DNA from: Lytechinus pictus
Taxonomy: Eukaryota
Assembly: GCF_037042905.1 (NCBI RefSeq)
Contig: NC_087260.1
Location: 26,784,001 to 26,848,000, forward strand
Reading direction: 5' to 3'
Length of the DNA: 64,000 nt
Shown here: one piece after another, positions 48,477 through 61,411 of the stretch
Position numbering within the stretch: the first letter of the stretch is position 1
Layout: every line of letters begins with the position of its first letter
Notes under the pieces: generated by a model
The model's database searches: none
What the model was told of the DNA's origin: nothing
The model's input: only the letters and a program-made list of their open reading frames with translations
Made by a program: the position numbers and the translations under genes

Positions 48477-49281
48477 AATGAAACTCAATTTTCTGTTTGA
48501 TTTCTATCCTTCTGTTTCACTTCTGTGAAATTATTGATACATATACATTCTATTTCTTTGGCATACTTTTTTTTTTTTTACTTTTATAGAATTTTAGTAA
48601 TATCCGTACGTTTGTTTAATTGTTTTTTATTATTGTCAATTCTGATTTCAGATGTCCCTTCTGTTTTAACACTAACAGTAATATTTTCGGGGCTGGGGGG
48701 GGGGGGGTTCTCATGGAAAAGATTATATTGTGAATAATTGTATAATACTAGTACATGTATTTATTTACTATTGCCATTATTACCATTGTCAAATGTGTTA
48801 TCATTGCTTAGAAAGTAATAATATAATAATTCTGTTCCAAAATCATAAAATGTGTACCATCTGGTCTTCTTTCATCATCATATCTCTCTCTCTCTCTCTT
48901 CTTACCTTCTGTCTCTCAGAAAAAAGGAGTGAGAATTGCGATTAACCATTGTGATTAACCATCATTTTTGTTTCTGAATAATATTCCCTTTATCAAAACT
49001 TCTGAATTTGTTTCTTACATGGGCAATTCCATAAAATATGTACGTCAGACCCCATGTATGTGAGACCTTCATCATGAAATTTTCTGTCTCTTATTTCTGG
49101 TTCTTTCGACAGTCTGTAATGCTCTAAAATGATCATGGCTTGGTCAGTTTATGAAGTGAAGTAAAACTTGAGAAAAATGGGGGTCGTATATACGAAAAGG
49201 GTGATTATTTGTGAAACTGCCCACATGTATATTTCCTTTACCTTGATTGAAATGCAAATCAGCTTGCTACACAAACATCAG

Positions 49282-49427
49282 GGCCCTGTTTCATAGAGAC
49301 TTTTTATAATAACAAATGCGAGATTTCTATAACAAATTTTCTATCAGCCAATGATATTGAAGGATTTCAGTGGATTATAACTGCTATTGTAAATTTGTTA
49401 TTGTAACAAGTTTTATGAAATGGACCC
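49282..49427. mobile_element. Short Harbinger-like MITE, CAG TSD
   Basis: CAG|GGCCCTGTTTCATA...TATGAAATGGACCC|CAG. Confidence 0.6.
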
Positions 49428-49867
49428 CAGATCACTCACTTGTAACAATATAGCTTATACAGAGATGCCAACCTGTTTAAAGAGCATTGCCAATTTGCCA
49501 AAAATATATATTTTTAGGGCCTTTTAACAGCATTCTAGGTGACAAAAATATTTTCACCTCTTTTCTGTACACAGAGCTGTCAATTAGTAGGATATTATCA
49601 AATTTAGTAGGATTTATAAGGGAAAAGTAACACCAAATGGAATTTTTCCTCGAGAAATATGATTTTTGAAACTTGTAAAAATGATGAGTTTGGGTTGTTT
49701 TTCATTTTTTTTTAGAAATTCAGGATTGGAAATAGGATAAAATGAAATAAAGAATAGCATTTTTTTTTCACAATCATGGTTAGCAGTTCTGACAATATAA
49801 AAAGTAATTTTCAAGAAATTTGACAGATAATGGTATGAATATATACTGCATAGAAGCTGGCATCTCT

Positions 49868-50061
49868 TAGTCTGCTATGCAGACTCTGAATGGCTCGTGA
49901 AGTGGGATCTACAGCTGGTTTGCGAAGCAAACAAGCCTGAAAGGGCGAGCGAAGCGAGCCATTTCCACATCTGCAGCTCTAGTAGACCTAGTCTGCTATG
50001 CAGACTCCTTGAATCAGCTGTGATACACACACTGCAGATGTGGGTCTACAGTAGTAGACTA
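49868..50061. mobile_element. TAG...CTA element with 9-bp TSD (Academ/AcademH-like, non-autonomous)
   Basis: GGCATCTCT|TAGTCTGCTA...TAGTAGACTA|GGCATCTCT. Confidence 0.7.
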
Positions 50062-53000
50062 GGCATCTCTTACTCCTGTCATTCTCTTGATTAGCCTAAT
50101 CTACATATTGATGAGGAAAAACCATTTATGTTTGAGGTTTCTATGAAAGTTTTATTTCATATTTCAACAGTATAAATAGAAGTTACAAATGTACACAAGC
50201 ACCAATGCTGATAGTCAACTGTAAGAGTAATAAAAAACAGAATTCTTTACAAATTGATTGGAACAGGACAACTATCAAGTATCAATGTTATTTCTATTTG
50301 TTCTCTACAGACTACACACAACTGAATATTCTATCTACTTCCAAAGAATACAACATTCAAATTAAAGCAGTTAGCAAGCAGAATTAAATACAAAATGCTA
50401 TTGATATTATACAAATTGAGATCAAGCAAAAAATTGAAAAATTCTGTCATATATGGCAGAGATGGTGATATGAATCCTAATAGATGATTGGCTGAAGTTT
50501 ATCACATGACCTGCCATTTATTGTGGCTAACAGGAAAAAAATGCTCATAGGTGTTTTTAGACCGCCTGAATGTTTGTCAGTTCCAGGTATTTTTTAATCA
50601 GGAAATTTGCCCTGATCTACCCCGATCAGTAAATACCAGGTAATTTTGTCAGTGTGAACGCAAATTACGCGTAATATCCCTGAAAGAAAATACTGCTAAA
50701 TATTAGGTACTACCGTACTTGTCAATATTAATAGAACTTTCAGGGGATATTTCCAAGGTTGCAGGTATTTTGGCAGTGGGAAAGCAAATTACAGGAACTT
50801 TCTTAGCCTAGCATGTTAAGAGCGGGCGCCATGGGTGGCTGCTGAGTTAGCAATCATGAATCTTGCGCCTTGCCTGCTCATCAGACTATACTCTGCATGC
50901 TAGTAACTTTGATAATTTACCCCGAAGGGATGTTCTTCTGGTCGGTTTGAATGCGGAAAATAATTGTCATTTATTTTCTAGCCTGAACAATTTCTTGTAA
51001 TTTAACAGGTACTTTGCTAAAGATAAATACCAGTTGCAATGATCTCAAAATGAGTTTGAACAGAATCCGATGAAATTACCACCAAAGTGTTTGTATGTAT
51101 AAATAAAAAATATGTGCCAAATATCTCTGGAAGAGAATGCGTAATACCTGAGAAATGAGCAAAATAAGCACTGAATTCCATCAAATGTTGGGCATTTTTC
51201 GAAGCAATATTAATACACTGTCCCACATATGATTTTTTGCCTTAGTGAACAACAGAATTATCGATTTTTCATGATTTTACAAATAGATAAGTTTACATTA
51301 TTTATTGTACCAGATCTAGACTAGAAGTGTGATAATATTTTGACAATTAACCTTAATTTAAAAGACTTTCTCAAGAAATTATTGTTTGCTGCAACTACTG
51401 TCTTTTACCTTTAATTAAGGTGGGTTGAATACGCCTAATGACTGATACTACTGACGACTGATCAGGGTTTTGAGAGTATTGTTTTATATCAAATAACAAG
51501 GATCGACATCACTATCATATAAAACAAATAATGCACATCATGTACATGTAATACACACACTTGTTACCTTTGAAACATTCCTCGGGCATGTTGGAACAGT
51601 TACTAAAAAGTATATTGTGCATACCTTCAATGATATGTATTTTATTCAAACAATTTGAATAAACCTTATTTCATTTACAATAAAATACAAACGAACAAGT
51701 GGGGATATGACATCATCAGTTTGCTCATTGAATATTCATGAAACATGCCTAGAACTGTTTCACCAGAATAATGCAAATTATATTTAAAATTTTCAGTGTT
51801 TTGTTTGTCTAATTTTTTTTCTTTTCAAATCATATTAATTTCAGCCCAGTTTTAGCCTGGAGTTAGTGGAGTACCCTTTTCAGTACGCATGTATTATTTC
51901 CAATCAAAGGTTAATTATCAAATACTTTTCTTCATGAAGATGAAGCAGCTGTTGTCCTCCCTTTATATAAAAAAAACTTGGCAAATAGCTTCATTTTAAT
52001 ACAAAAGAGGGTATTAAAAAAGTACTACATGGAATTAAAAAAAAAAAAATATTTGATACTGAATTTATTGTTGAGTTGAATACTGTTTTCGGTTCTTTGG
52101 CATATATCTTTAATACATGTATGTATATTGTTTACTGAATACGTATAATTAAGTATAGTTAACATGAAAATCAAATCAACAAGGACCGAAAATAACTGCA
52201 ACTTACATGTATACAAAAAAACTTACAACTCAACTCTAGAATTTCATACAAGATACTCATACATGCATATAAAACAGAAATAGCACACAAGAATTAGAGA
52301 GATAAACTTTACAGCTCTAGGCATGGCAGAGTGCTACTGTCTTATTCTAAAGCACATTTGGTCTCATCCCACATGGATGCATTAAATCCTATTTTCTCAA
52401 CTTTACTAGTTTGTCTGATAATAAAACAGGTAAAAAAAACACTTGAGACAACAAAAAATGTTCTCAGAGGGTTCATTCCAAGGACTGCTAACAGAGGCAC
52501 ATATACTGGCAATCATTGTGATGTCGCAATAGAAAGCAGAAGTTGGCCTCCTTTTTAGTGCAATGCATAGGAAATTACATTAACTGTCAACACTGCTGAC
52601 CAATTCTATAAAACAAATAATGCACAGGTTTGGTGTTAATGCGATGCAGGCATCTTGGATGTGCACTGTAAAAACATACACACACGTTGTGCTAGAGCCT
52701 TGTGCTTGTAATTGTGGCACACAATCAACTAATCAAGTGTTCTGCATCGTCATTAACAAACACACAAATACACCCCACGTTGCAGTGCATTTGTAGTAAA
52801 TAGCACAGAAACTAGGGATGGGAAGACATCATATATTGACAATGTACAGTATGTCAAACAGATATGGCCTATATATAGACACAAACTACCTGTATATATC
52901 AAAATATTCAGCCTCGACACATGGACAGATATAAATTCACGGACTGACAGACAAACCACACATGTACATACACATACTGTACATGTAATGCAAGCAACAA

Positions 53001-54145
53001 ATAATTTCAGATAGCATGTAAATATGATTAAACTTATTATAAATAAGTAATTGAGTAAAGGATATTTCATAAATTTTCAAATATTTGTAAACATTGGGTT
53101 CAATACAACGGCGATTATTATTTTGTATAAAACAAGACAGACATGAACCAGATAACATTTACCTCATGCACTTAGAGCAAAATACAAAATATTGCTTTCT
53201 TAAGTATGGTTAAATTATGAATTGTTTAATTCATTTTCTCACATGCATGGTACACTTTAAAATCTTTATATAAGATTGTGCAAGAATGAATGTCAGTTTC
53301 AAGCCTTTTCATGTTACATCATACTTGTAATTATATGCAATTCTAGCCTCATGCCTCAAGGATGCATATATTTATATATATTTCAGAACACAATTAATGA
53401 AAACACTTTAATACAAAGACTAAAAAATCAAGAAACTCAAGGTGGGACGTACACGATAATTCAAGCACATGACACTTTGTTTAAAACTCACGACAATGAT
53501 TAAGGGCAAGATGCTCTATTACAGGGGTATTATATATTCAGCCCAAGACAGAGAAAAGCTAAATACCTGTATTTATTGTTTATCCATAAGAGAACCATGA
53601 TACGGTCCTATACTACGTGTAGTTTGCCACTATGAAAACTACTATGGATGATGGTCTTGATTTTGATTGGCTGCTGAACTCTGTTACCATGGTAATTTTC
53701 CTTTTAATGGCAAAGCTACTATAAAGGTGGGTTTTTAACTTAGGATCCACGATCCAGGGCCAGTGTTCAATGTAAATGTGTATGAATTTATATAATTTGT
53801 CTTCATTATGTTTTTGCATGGCATGTAAACAAGACAAATTTCCATTTATGGATAATAAATAAATACTTTTACTTAATCCATTGTTTGGTCTACTATTACT
53901 TAGGTCTAATTACTACTTAGTCTAATACTCATTTGAGCTCACAATTATTTAGTCTCATGCCAGATGGTCTAGTTTCCACACTTGCTTTTTTTTCTACAAT
54001 TTTTGTCAAATGCAATTTTGGCTCATAAACAGACTAAGTGTGTTGTAGACAAGATAGGATTAGATCAACTGGGATGAGACCAAAAGGAAAGGGTAGACAT
54101 AGTTTCTGTAGACCAAGTGGCAACTTACCATTCATATCAAAGTCA

Positions 54146-56813
54146 TCAGCTCACAGTGCTCTCATCAAAGCTAACTATACTGAGCTTACGACTTCCACTC
54201 CCGACACTTTTCCCTCCTCCATTCGCAATGACCTTTGAGGTTGAACTTCGACCCGACATTGACCTGGTGATCATCTGCGAAGGTCGGTGAACCTGTGCAG
54301 TAGTGCTGATCTGTGTGGTCGGTTCAGTCTTCAATCTTTCAACCCTTGTCTTCTTGACCCCAGAGTTCAGTTTGGCCTGCTTGGATTTTCCGGAAGAGCT
54401 GTTTCCAGTGTCTGGTGCGGTGGTGGTGGAAGACTCGATGATACTCGCCAGGTGAACTCCAGATGCAACTGGAATAATATGAGATACATGAAGAGATGGA
54501 ACTATCTGATTTTAATCAAAATAACTTGCAAACAGTTTTTTTGTTTTAATTATTTATCATCCATATATTCTCATAACATGTGATTTTACAGAGTGGCCTA
54601 TTATTTGACAATTCAAATTATTTAATTTCTCAACAAAATTTCATAAAATTCCAACCAATTTGTTTCACTTTATATTTTCCAAAGGATATAAATTTTGACT
54701 TCCAAGATTCCAACTATACAAACTTATTGCCCCCCCCCCCAACAACAACAACGTTTCAATACTTGAATGGATGTGTCTCTATATAAATTATAATTCAATA
54801 ATAATATGGGGTATTTATAATTAGGAGTACCTTGAACACCTAACAAGAAGTATAGGTGCTCAAGGCGCTCCTATTTTACCACAGCTAGGCTAGGCCAACA
54901 AAAACATTGAAAAACAAAATAAATAGAGATATCGGGTACGTGTATAATCTCAAAGGCACATCCCACATCACATGATCCTGGGTTTATGCGTAACATAAGT
55001 TAAGTTACAATCTTGATGATCAAACTGCAGATATCGGGTTTTGAAGAACTAACCTGAATCGCCGCTTGATGTCTGCTGTCCTGTGTTGGTAACCTGGGTG
55101 CTTTGAAGAGTGAACTTTCTTCTCAAAGCAGAAGTGTAACTTAGATCAGTGATACTCCCACTAATGCTGAGACGTCTTGATTCCCTACGCCTTGCAAGGA
55201 TGTTATCATCATCCCGCCAGGCCCACTGCAGCTTAAGTGACCTTGCGCAGAACATCCCAAGGACCTCGTTCCGCACCGTCTTGTTCCAGATAGCGTAGAT
55301 TACTGGGTTGAATATAAGGCTGCAGTAGGAGAGCCACATGGCCCCGGCTTCTAACCAATCAGCTATAAGCTCATCGCCATGCACCATCTCGTACATCAAT
55401 TCTATTATGAAAGGACACCAAGTGATTAATATTGCACCGACTGTGACCAGTACCGTCCGTAACGCTTTTGTTGGAGAATTCATTCGGATGTTCACCAGCA
55501 GAGATGTTCGTCTTGACCGCCTCCGTGTCATCTTCTGAATCGCTTCCTCCACAACCACATTGCCATGGCTGACCCGACGCGATGATCTCTTCGCAACTTT
55601 GAGGATATTCCCGTAGCAGAAGCATATGAGGAACAGAGGGAAGACTGTCGTCATTATTGCATAAAATAATGAAAATGATTTCTCGTAATGCCAATCCACC
55701 ATGCAGGCTGATTTGGACATCTGGAAGCTGTACCTTGACCAGCCAAATGAGGGTGGCAGAGTGCACACAAGTGCAAGGATCCAAACGCACACTATAAGGT
55801 GAGTGGTATAGTTGGATGTTACTTTCAGAGGATACATCATCGGCTGAACAATGGCATAATATCTGTAAGAACAATTACAAAACAAAAGTGTTCTTAAAAC
55901 AATGTCCTTAGAAAAATGGTTTTCGAAAGGCACATCCAGAAGAACTAAAATTCAATCATGCGAATTTACTGGCCGATTCAAATTGTATGAAAACTTTTCC
56001 TTTTACTGATTTAATGTACAGTAATCAAATCATAATACATCATACAGATGTCCATCCCCCACCTTAAAAAAATCTATCAGAATCGGTATGCCAGAAAAGT
56101 GAAAAGCTGTTTGCTTCTGCCAACAATCCCATGTGTAGCTGAAGCTGAATTAGTGATCAGATATAACATAATTTGAGTTTTTATATTTTGTTGGAGAATC
56201 TATACATGAAGGGGTTGTATTACAACCTCTTTGTAATTAAAATCTCAAAAAAAATATTGAAAAATATATATATTTGACAATATAAACAGTACGAAAAATG
56301 ATTTTGCATTGAAGTATAGTCTATCATCCCCCACCTTCCACCTATCCCGCTCCCCCCCCCCCATTAAAAAAAGGAGAAATCTTTGAAAAAGAATTACCTG
56401 TCGAGTGTAATGAGAGCCACGTTGAAGAGTGACCCAGTCAGTGTACACAGTGAGATGAACCCCATCAGATTACACATCACCACACCAAAGATCCAGTCCC
56501 GGAGGACACAGGCTGCAAGGTTGAAAGGCAACACGGTGAACGACATTACCGCGTTAGCCAAGGTCATACTGTAGATGAATCTGTTGCTGGCATTCTGCAG
56601 GTAAGTCTTCTTGTGGATGGTGTAGATGATGATGGTGTTGAGGGCACCCGCTGCAATGGCTATCAGGGACAGGGTGGCTGCCTCCAGGATGATCGTCCAC
56701 TGTGGAGTTACAAAGACAGCATCTGAGGCAGCACCTTCATATGGAATTGATGTTGTATAGTTCAAAAGATCTGAGGTACCGGTATATAAATCTGTGGTGT
56801 CCATCTCCAACAT
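54146..56813 (-). CDS. GPR161: G protein-coupled receptor 161 orthologue, ~515 aa
   Basis: Exons 56813-56398, 55862-55054 and 54468-54146 are in frame (1548 nt; phases 2, 1). Diagnostic segments KKTYLQNASNRF, WIFGVVMCN, DRYYAIVQPMMYPLKVT, WNKTVRNEVLGM and SISGSITDL resemble vertebrate GPR161. Confidence 0.88.
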
Positions 56814-57760
56814 AAAACAGCAGCAGCTGAGGTCCAGATAATCCTTTGGTCTTGATGAGAACTGACAGGAATCTCAACCCACCCCAATTCAAGCCATGGG
56901 AGTGCTTTTCTCCTCATCTCAAGGAATCACCTATTGCAGGAAAAGAAAGTGATACAGGAATTTTACCATTAAGTTGTCAGATGACATTGGACTCTCTATT
57001 AGCAGTTTAATAGGACAAGGTCACTTTCCTACAGGGAACCTGGTAATACATGTACTTATGCACAAAACATAGAAACATCAAGGTCTCCAAAAATCCAAGA
57101 ACAATGTAAGAGACCCTTTGCCTTTTTACTAGTTTTACCCTTGGATTAATTCAAGCGCTTGGGACCTTGTCAATAACAATCATTCAAAAAGTCCTTGAAA
57201 TATCAGAATTATTATTTGTAACAAAAATACTATTAAATTCAACTCATTTATGATTTGTTTTCATTACAAACTTGGGAATCATTCTTTTTTATTCACCACA
57301 GCAATAAAAAACTTTTGTGCATATTTTTGTTGGGGCACTCTAAGTTCTAACTAAGCTCTTGCTAACGTTAGATTGGTGAAAGGGCCGGTGATCGGCGGTG
57401 AAAGTCACAATTGGAAAAACAAACTCTATAAGTTGAATTAGACATTTTATTATTGTAATGTTAGAAAAAATAAGACATGAAAGAATTAAAAGACAAAGTA
57501 CGGACCGGTAGATCTACATGATATATAGATCTAGATCTGTCAAACAATTGCATTGGCATCATCGTGAAATTGGTTTTGGGAACTTATCTTCACTTCTGTC
57601 TGTGCCTGGCGGTGGACTTCTATTTTACCCGATGTGACGTCGACCAACATGACCAACTTCACAAGCCAAGCTATATAGTGCTAGAGTCTAGATCTATATT
57701 ATTAGAAAGCAAGGAAAACTAAAATAATTCGGCCAATTCTTCTTTGTATCACGTACCAAT

Positions 57761-59870
57761 GATCATGCGCCACCCAAAACAAGAACCTGTGCTCCAAAGT
57801 CGCGCTCTCCCTGGTTCAATGAGTCTACACTTGTGGCCCGCCAGCAACGCCGTCAAGCGGAAAGAAAATGGCGCAAAACAAGGCTAGATTCGGACCGAAA
57901 ACTATTTTTGGAGCAAAATGATAATGTTAACAAGGTAATTAGTGTAGCTAAAGTGAATTACTTCCAGGAGAAATTGAGCTCTTGTGATAGTAAGGAAGTT
58001 TATCATATCATTTATTCTCTTCTAAATAAGAAGTCTGGTCATCTTCCTATACATGACTCAGCATCTTCTTTGAGCTCACAATTTTCTCAATTTTTTGTGG
58101 AAAAGATAAGGAAGATTAGAAAAGAAATTGACGCTCTGAATGTTGTCCCTAAAACTAGGTTCGTTGATTCAGTTGATGAAACTATTCCTCTCTTTGAAAG
58201 CTTTCAATCATATACTCAATCTGACGTGTCCAAGCTTATTATGAATTTCACTAACACATCCTGTATGCTAGATCCCATCCCGACGTGGCTTCTAAGAGAT
58301 AATCTTGTGCAGTTATTACCATTAATCACTGACATTATTAATATCTCTCTATCTACAGGTAGTTTCCCTTTAGGAGCACATTCATCAATTGTTAGACCCC
58401 TGTTGAAAAAGCCGAATTTGGACCAAAATGAACTTTCAAACTACAGACCAGTTTCTAATCTCTCTTTTCTTGCTAAACTCATTGAAAAAGCAGCTTGTTC
58501 ACAACTAGTTCAACACATCGAAAGCAATAATATGTTTGATTCTGTTCAATCTGCTTACAGGTCGCATCATAGCACAGAGTCGGCACTGGTTAAAGTTAAA
58601 AACGATATCATGTTTTCCCTTGACTGTAACAGAGTTGTTTTGATTACACTTTTAGATTTATCTGCTGCCTTCGACACGATCGACCATGGATCTGTCATGG
58701 TTTGAGTCATACCTCACAGGATGGTCCTCCAGAGTTAACATTACTGGTGCACTATCTAAACCCACTAACCTTGATTTTGGTCTTCCTCAAGGTTCGGTGG
58801 TAGGCCCCATCGGGTATTCTATATATACCCTACCAGTTGGTAACATTATTACACATCATTGTATCAACTACCATCTTTAATATGCCGATGACACCCAATT
58901 GTATATTTCATTCAATCCGAAAATCCCAGGAGATTTAGTTGTTGCTATGTTTCGACTTCAGAACTGTATTTCAGATATTAGAAACTGGATGACAGTTAAT
59001 AAATTAAAGTTAAATGACTCAAAAACAGAATTCTTCATAGCGGCCTCTCCACACAGCCTACGCAATCTGCCAGATCTAAAGTTAATAGTTGGCGATATAT
59101 CCATAAGCCCTTCAGTTACTGTTAAAAATCTTGGTGTAATTTTTTTGATAGAGAAATGTCAATGGTGGACCGTGTTTCTCAAATATGCACTACTGTAACT
59201 TTTCATTTAAGGAATATTTCTTGAATTAGAAGATATATTACTCAATCGGCCTGTAACAATGCAATTCGTTCTTTAGTTCTGTCCCATTTAGATTATTGCA
59301 ATGGTCTTCTCTCTAAGTACATCCCCATTACTCAAGTAGATCGCATTCAAAGGCTTCAAAATTGGGCAGCTCGAATAATTTATCAAGTAACAAGATTTCA
59401 CTTCTCTAAACCACTCCTTGAATCGTTACACTGGCTTCCCATACAACATCGTATAGTTTTTAAGTTACTTTTGTTAGTTTTTAAGTCTCTTAATAAGCAA
59501 GCACCTTTATATCTGCGTGATTGTTTGACCCTACACCCCTCGCAGGAATGTACGAGCCTCCAGTGACCCATTCCGTCTCACATATAAAATCACTAGGAAA
59601 CTGGCTGGAGATAGGACTTTTACCATAACCGCTTCAAAATATTGGAATCGCTTACCTTTCATTTACTCTTAGACAATCACCATCTGTTGCTTCATTTAAA
59701 AAGGGACTTAAAAGTAAACCTTTCTTTTTTCCAATCCAGATTTTTAGGATTGTAACTGTAAGGTTTCATTTTTATAGTTGTAACAATTTATTTTTCTTGT
59801 TGTAAGCGCTTTGGGCCATTCTGGGAAAAGCGCAGTATATAAATAATAATAATAATATTTAATAATAATA
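57761..59870 (+). mobile_element. 5'-truncated, decayed L2-clade LINE (RT pseudogene)
   Basis: PWFN, NYRPVSNL, QSAYR..HSTESAL, LDLSAAFDTIDH, GLPQGS, YADDTQLY and LHWLP motifs are spread over several frames. The 3' end reads tgtaagcgctttggg..aagcgc plus (AAT)n. Confidence 0.9.
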
Positions 59871-60589
59871 CCGGTATCTTACCAAATTATCAGCCCATAA
59901 TCATGATAATTTTCGACCTGTCAACCGTTCTCACTGTAGGCCTACTGAATTATAATTATATTTACCTAGCATGACTAGAATTTAGAAAGTAGAACTAGAA
60001 CTTCAGTAGAAGAAGAAGATGCGCCCAAAGCCGCAAAGCAGAAGAAACTACGTTAAATCTCTAAACGTTATTTAGACTTGATCCACTAGCATAGGATCGG
60101 TAGTGGTAAAGAGTAATAATACATCATTAATACATACATGGATGATGTAGATGTACTCGTTGTTCGCGGTCGTCATGCGATGTGACACCCAGTAGCTTAA
60201 ACGTACACAATCCTCCGATCCCCATTGCTCCGTGTACATTTCTGCGGAATTCTGCAGTGATCCACGTGTGTGGGCCAAATGAAAACATCCTCGTTCACTA
60301 AAAAGTATATTAAAGAAACAAAATATACAAAATTAAGTAAACAAAGACACATTTTTGATATTTTGGTCTATAATTTCAAATAAATAAAATTATTCAAAAG
60401 TGTTTAATTGAATAATAACCTGTATTTTTGCAAACAAACAATACAATTTCTCAGAAAGTTTTGAAATCGGGGGACCACCCACGGACCATTTACCATACAT
60501 GTACCAACAAAAGTCAGAAAAAGTCAGAACCACGTGTATGTCGTAGCTGAATTCAGATTGATACATTCCGCCCTGAATGAAATTATAGA

Positions 60590-60925
60590 ATGGCAGATTC
60601 GGCGAAGACTTCAGCTCCAGGGAAGAGCATAGCCGTGGAAGAGCTGCTAAAGAGAATATTTGAACAATGTCAAAAACATGCTCAGGAGGGTGACAAGGAT
60701 AGCGATGACGAGATATCCGACGACGAAGAATCATCCGAGTCTAACGATGATGATCTTGTGGAGATAGCGTATTCAGCAGCCTTGGGTACAATAAAGCCGT
60801 ATGACTATGAGCCGCTGGTCCCGGAAGCTCAGGCCAAGGCCGACGCTGAAAAACGTGCCAAGGAGGAAGCAGCTGAGGCAGCGATGGCGTACCGGCTTGG
60901 AAACAACGACTGGCAAGTGTTTTGA
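60590..60925 (+). CDS. Orphan ORF or first exon resembling the N-terminus of P2X7-ballast/KolX-like proteins
   Basis: GC-richer, coding-like 111-codon ORF with an acidic tract, PYDYEP and RLGNNDW, followed by a possible GC donor (TG|GCAAGT). No matching Cys-rich downstream exon was found. Confidence 0.45.
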   Translation: MADSAKTSAPGKSIAVEELLKRIFEQCQKHAQEGDKDSDDEISDDEESSESNDDDLVEIAYSAALGTIKPYDYEPLVPEAQAKADAEKRAKEEAAEAAMAYRLGNNDWQVF

Positions 60926-61411
60926 AGAAAGGGGAAAATGAAAATTAGGCCTAGCCCTAGGCCCTAGGCTAGGCTAGATCAGAGCCGTTTTGGGGGCAAG
61001 AGTTCCATATGCACCCCCCCACTAAAATTGAAAATAAAAACATGGATAAGCATGATAAGGTTCAGAATATTTAAAATACTATACATTGTATCTATAATCT
61101 AGCCTTAGACCTAAAACATGATGATGCATGATGGGGGGAGTGGAAATACATACCAATATTTATGGTATGGCTTTATTCCGTCAATTTCGAGCAGGATCTA
61201 GTGCGTGTAATTGTCCATAGACATCGGTTTATTTGGCTTTTGCAAATTTAAGACTAAATCTGGCCTAGATAAGAAAGGGAAACTAAACTCTAGCTCTGTA
61301 ATGTTTACACTAAGTGACTAAGCAAGGATTTGGTTGTTGAGCTTTTTTGAATTGCATCGAATCTTTAGGTACCCGTCCTGACTCAGTCTGTACTAGCAGA
61401 GAGAAGCTCTG

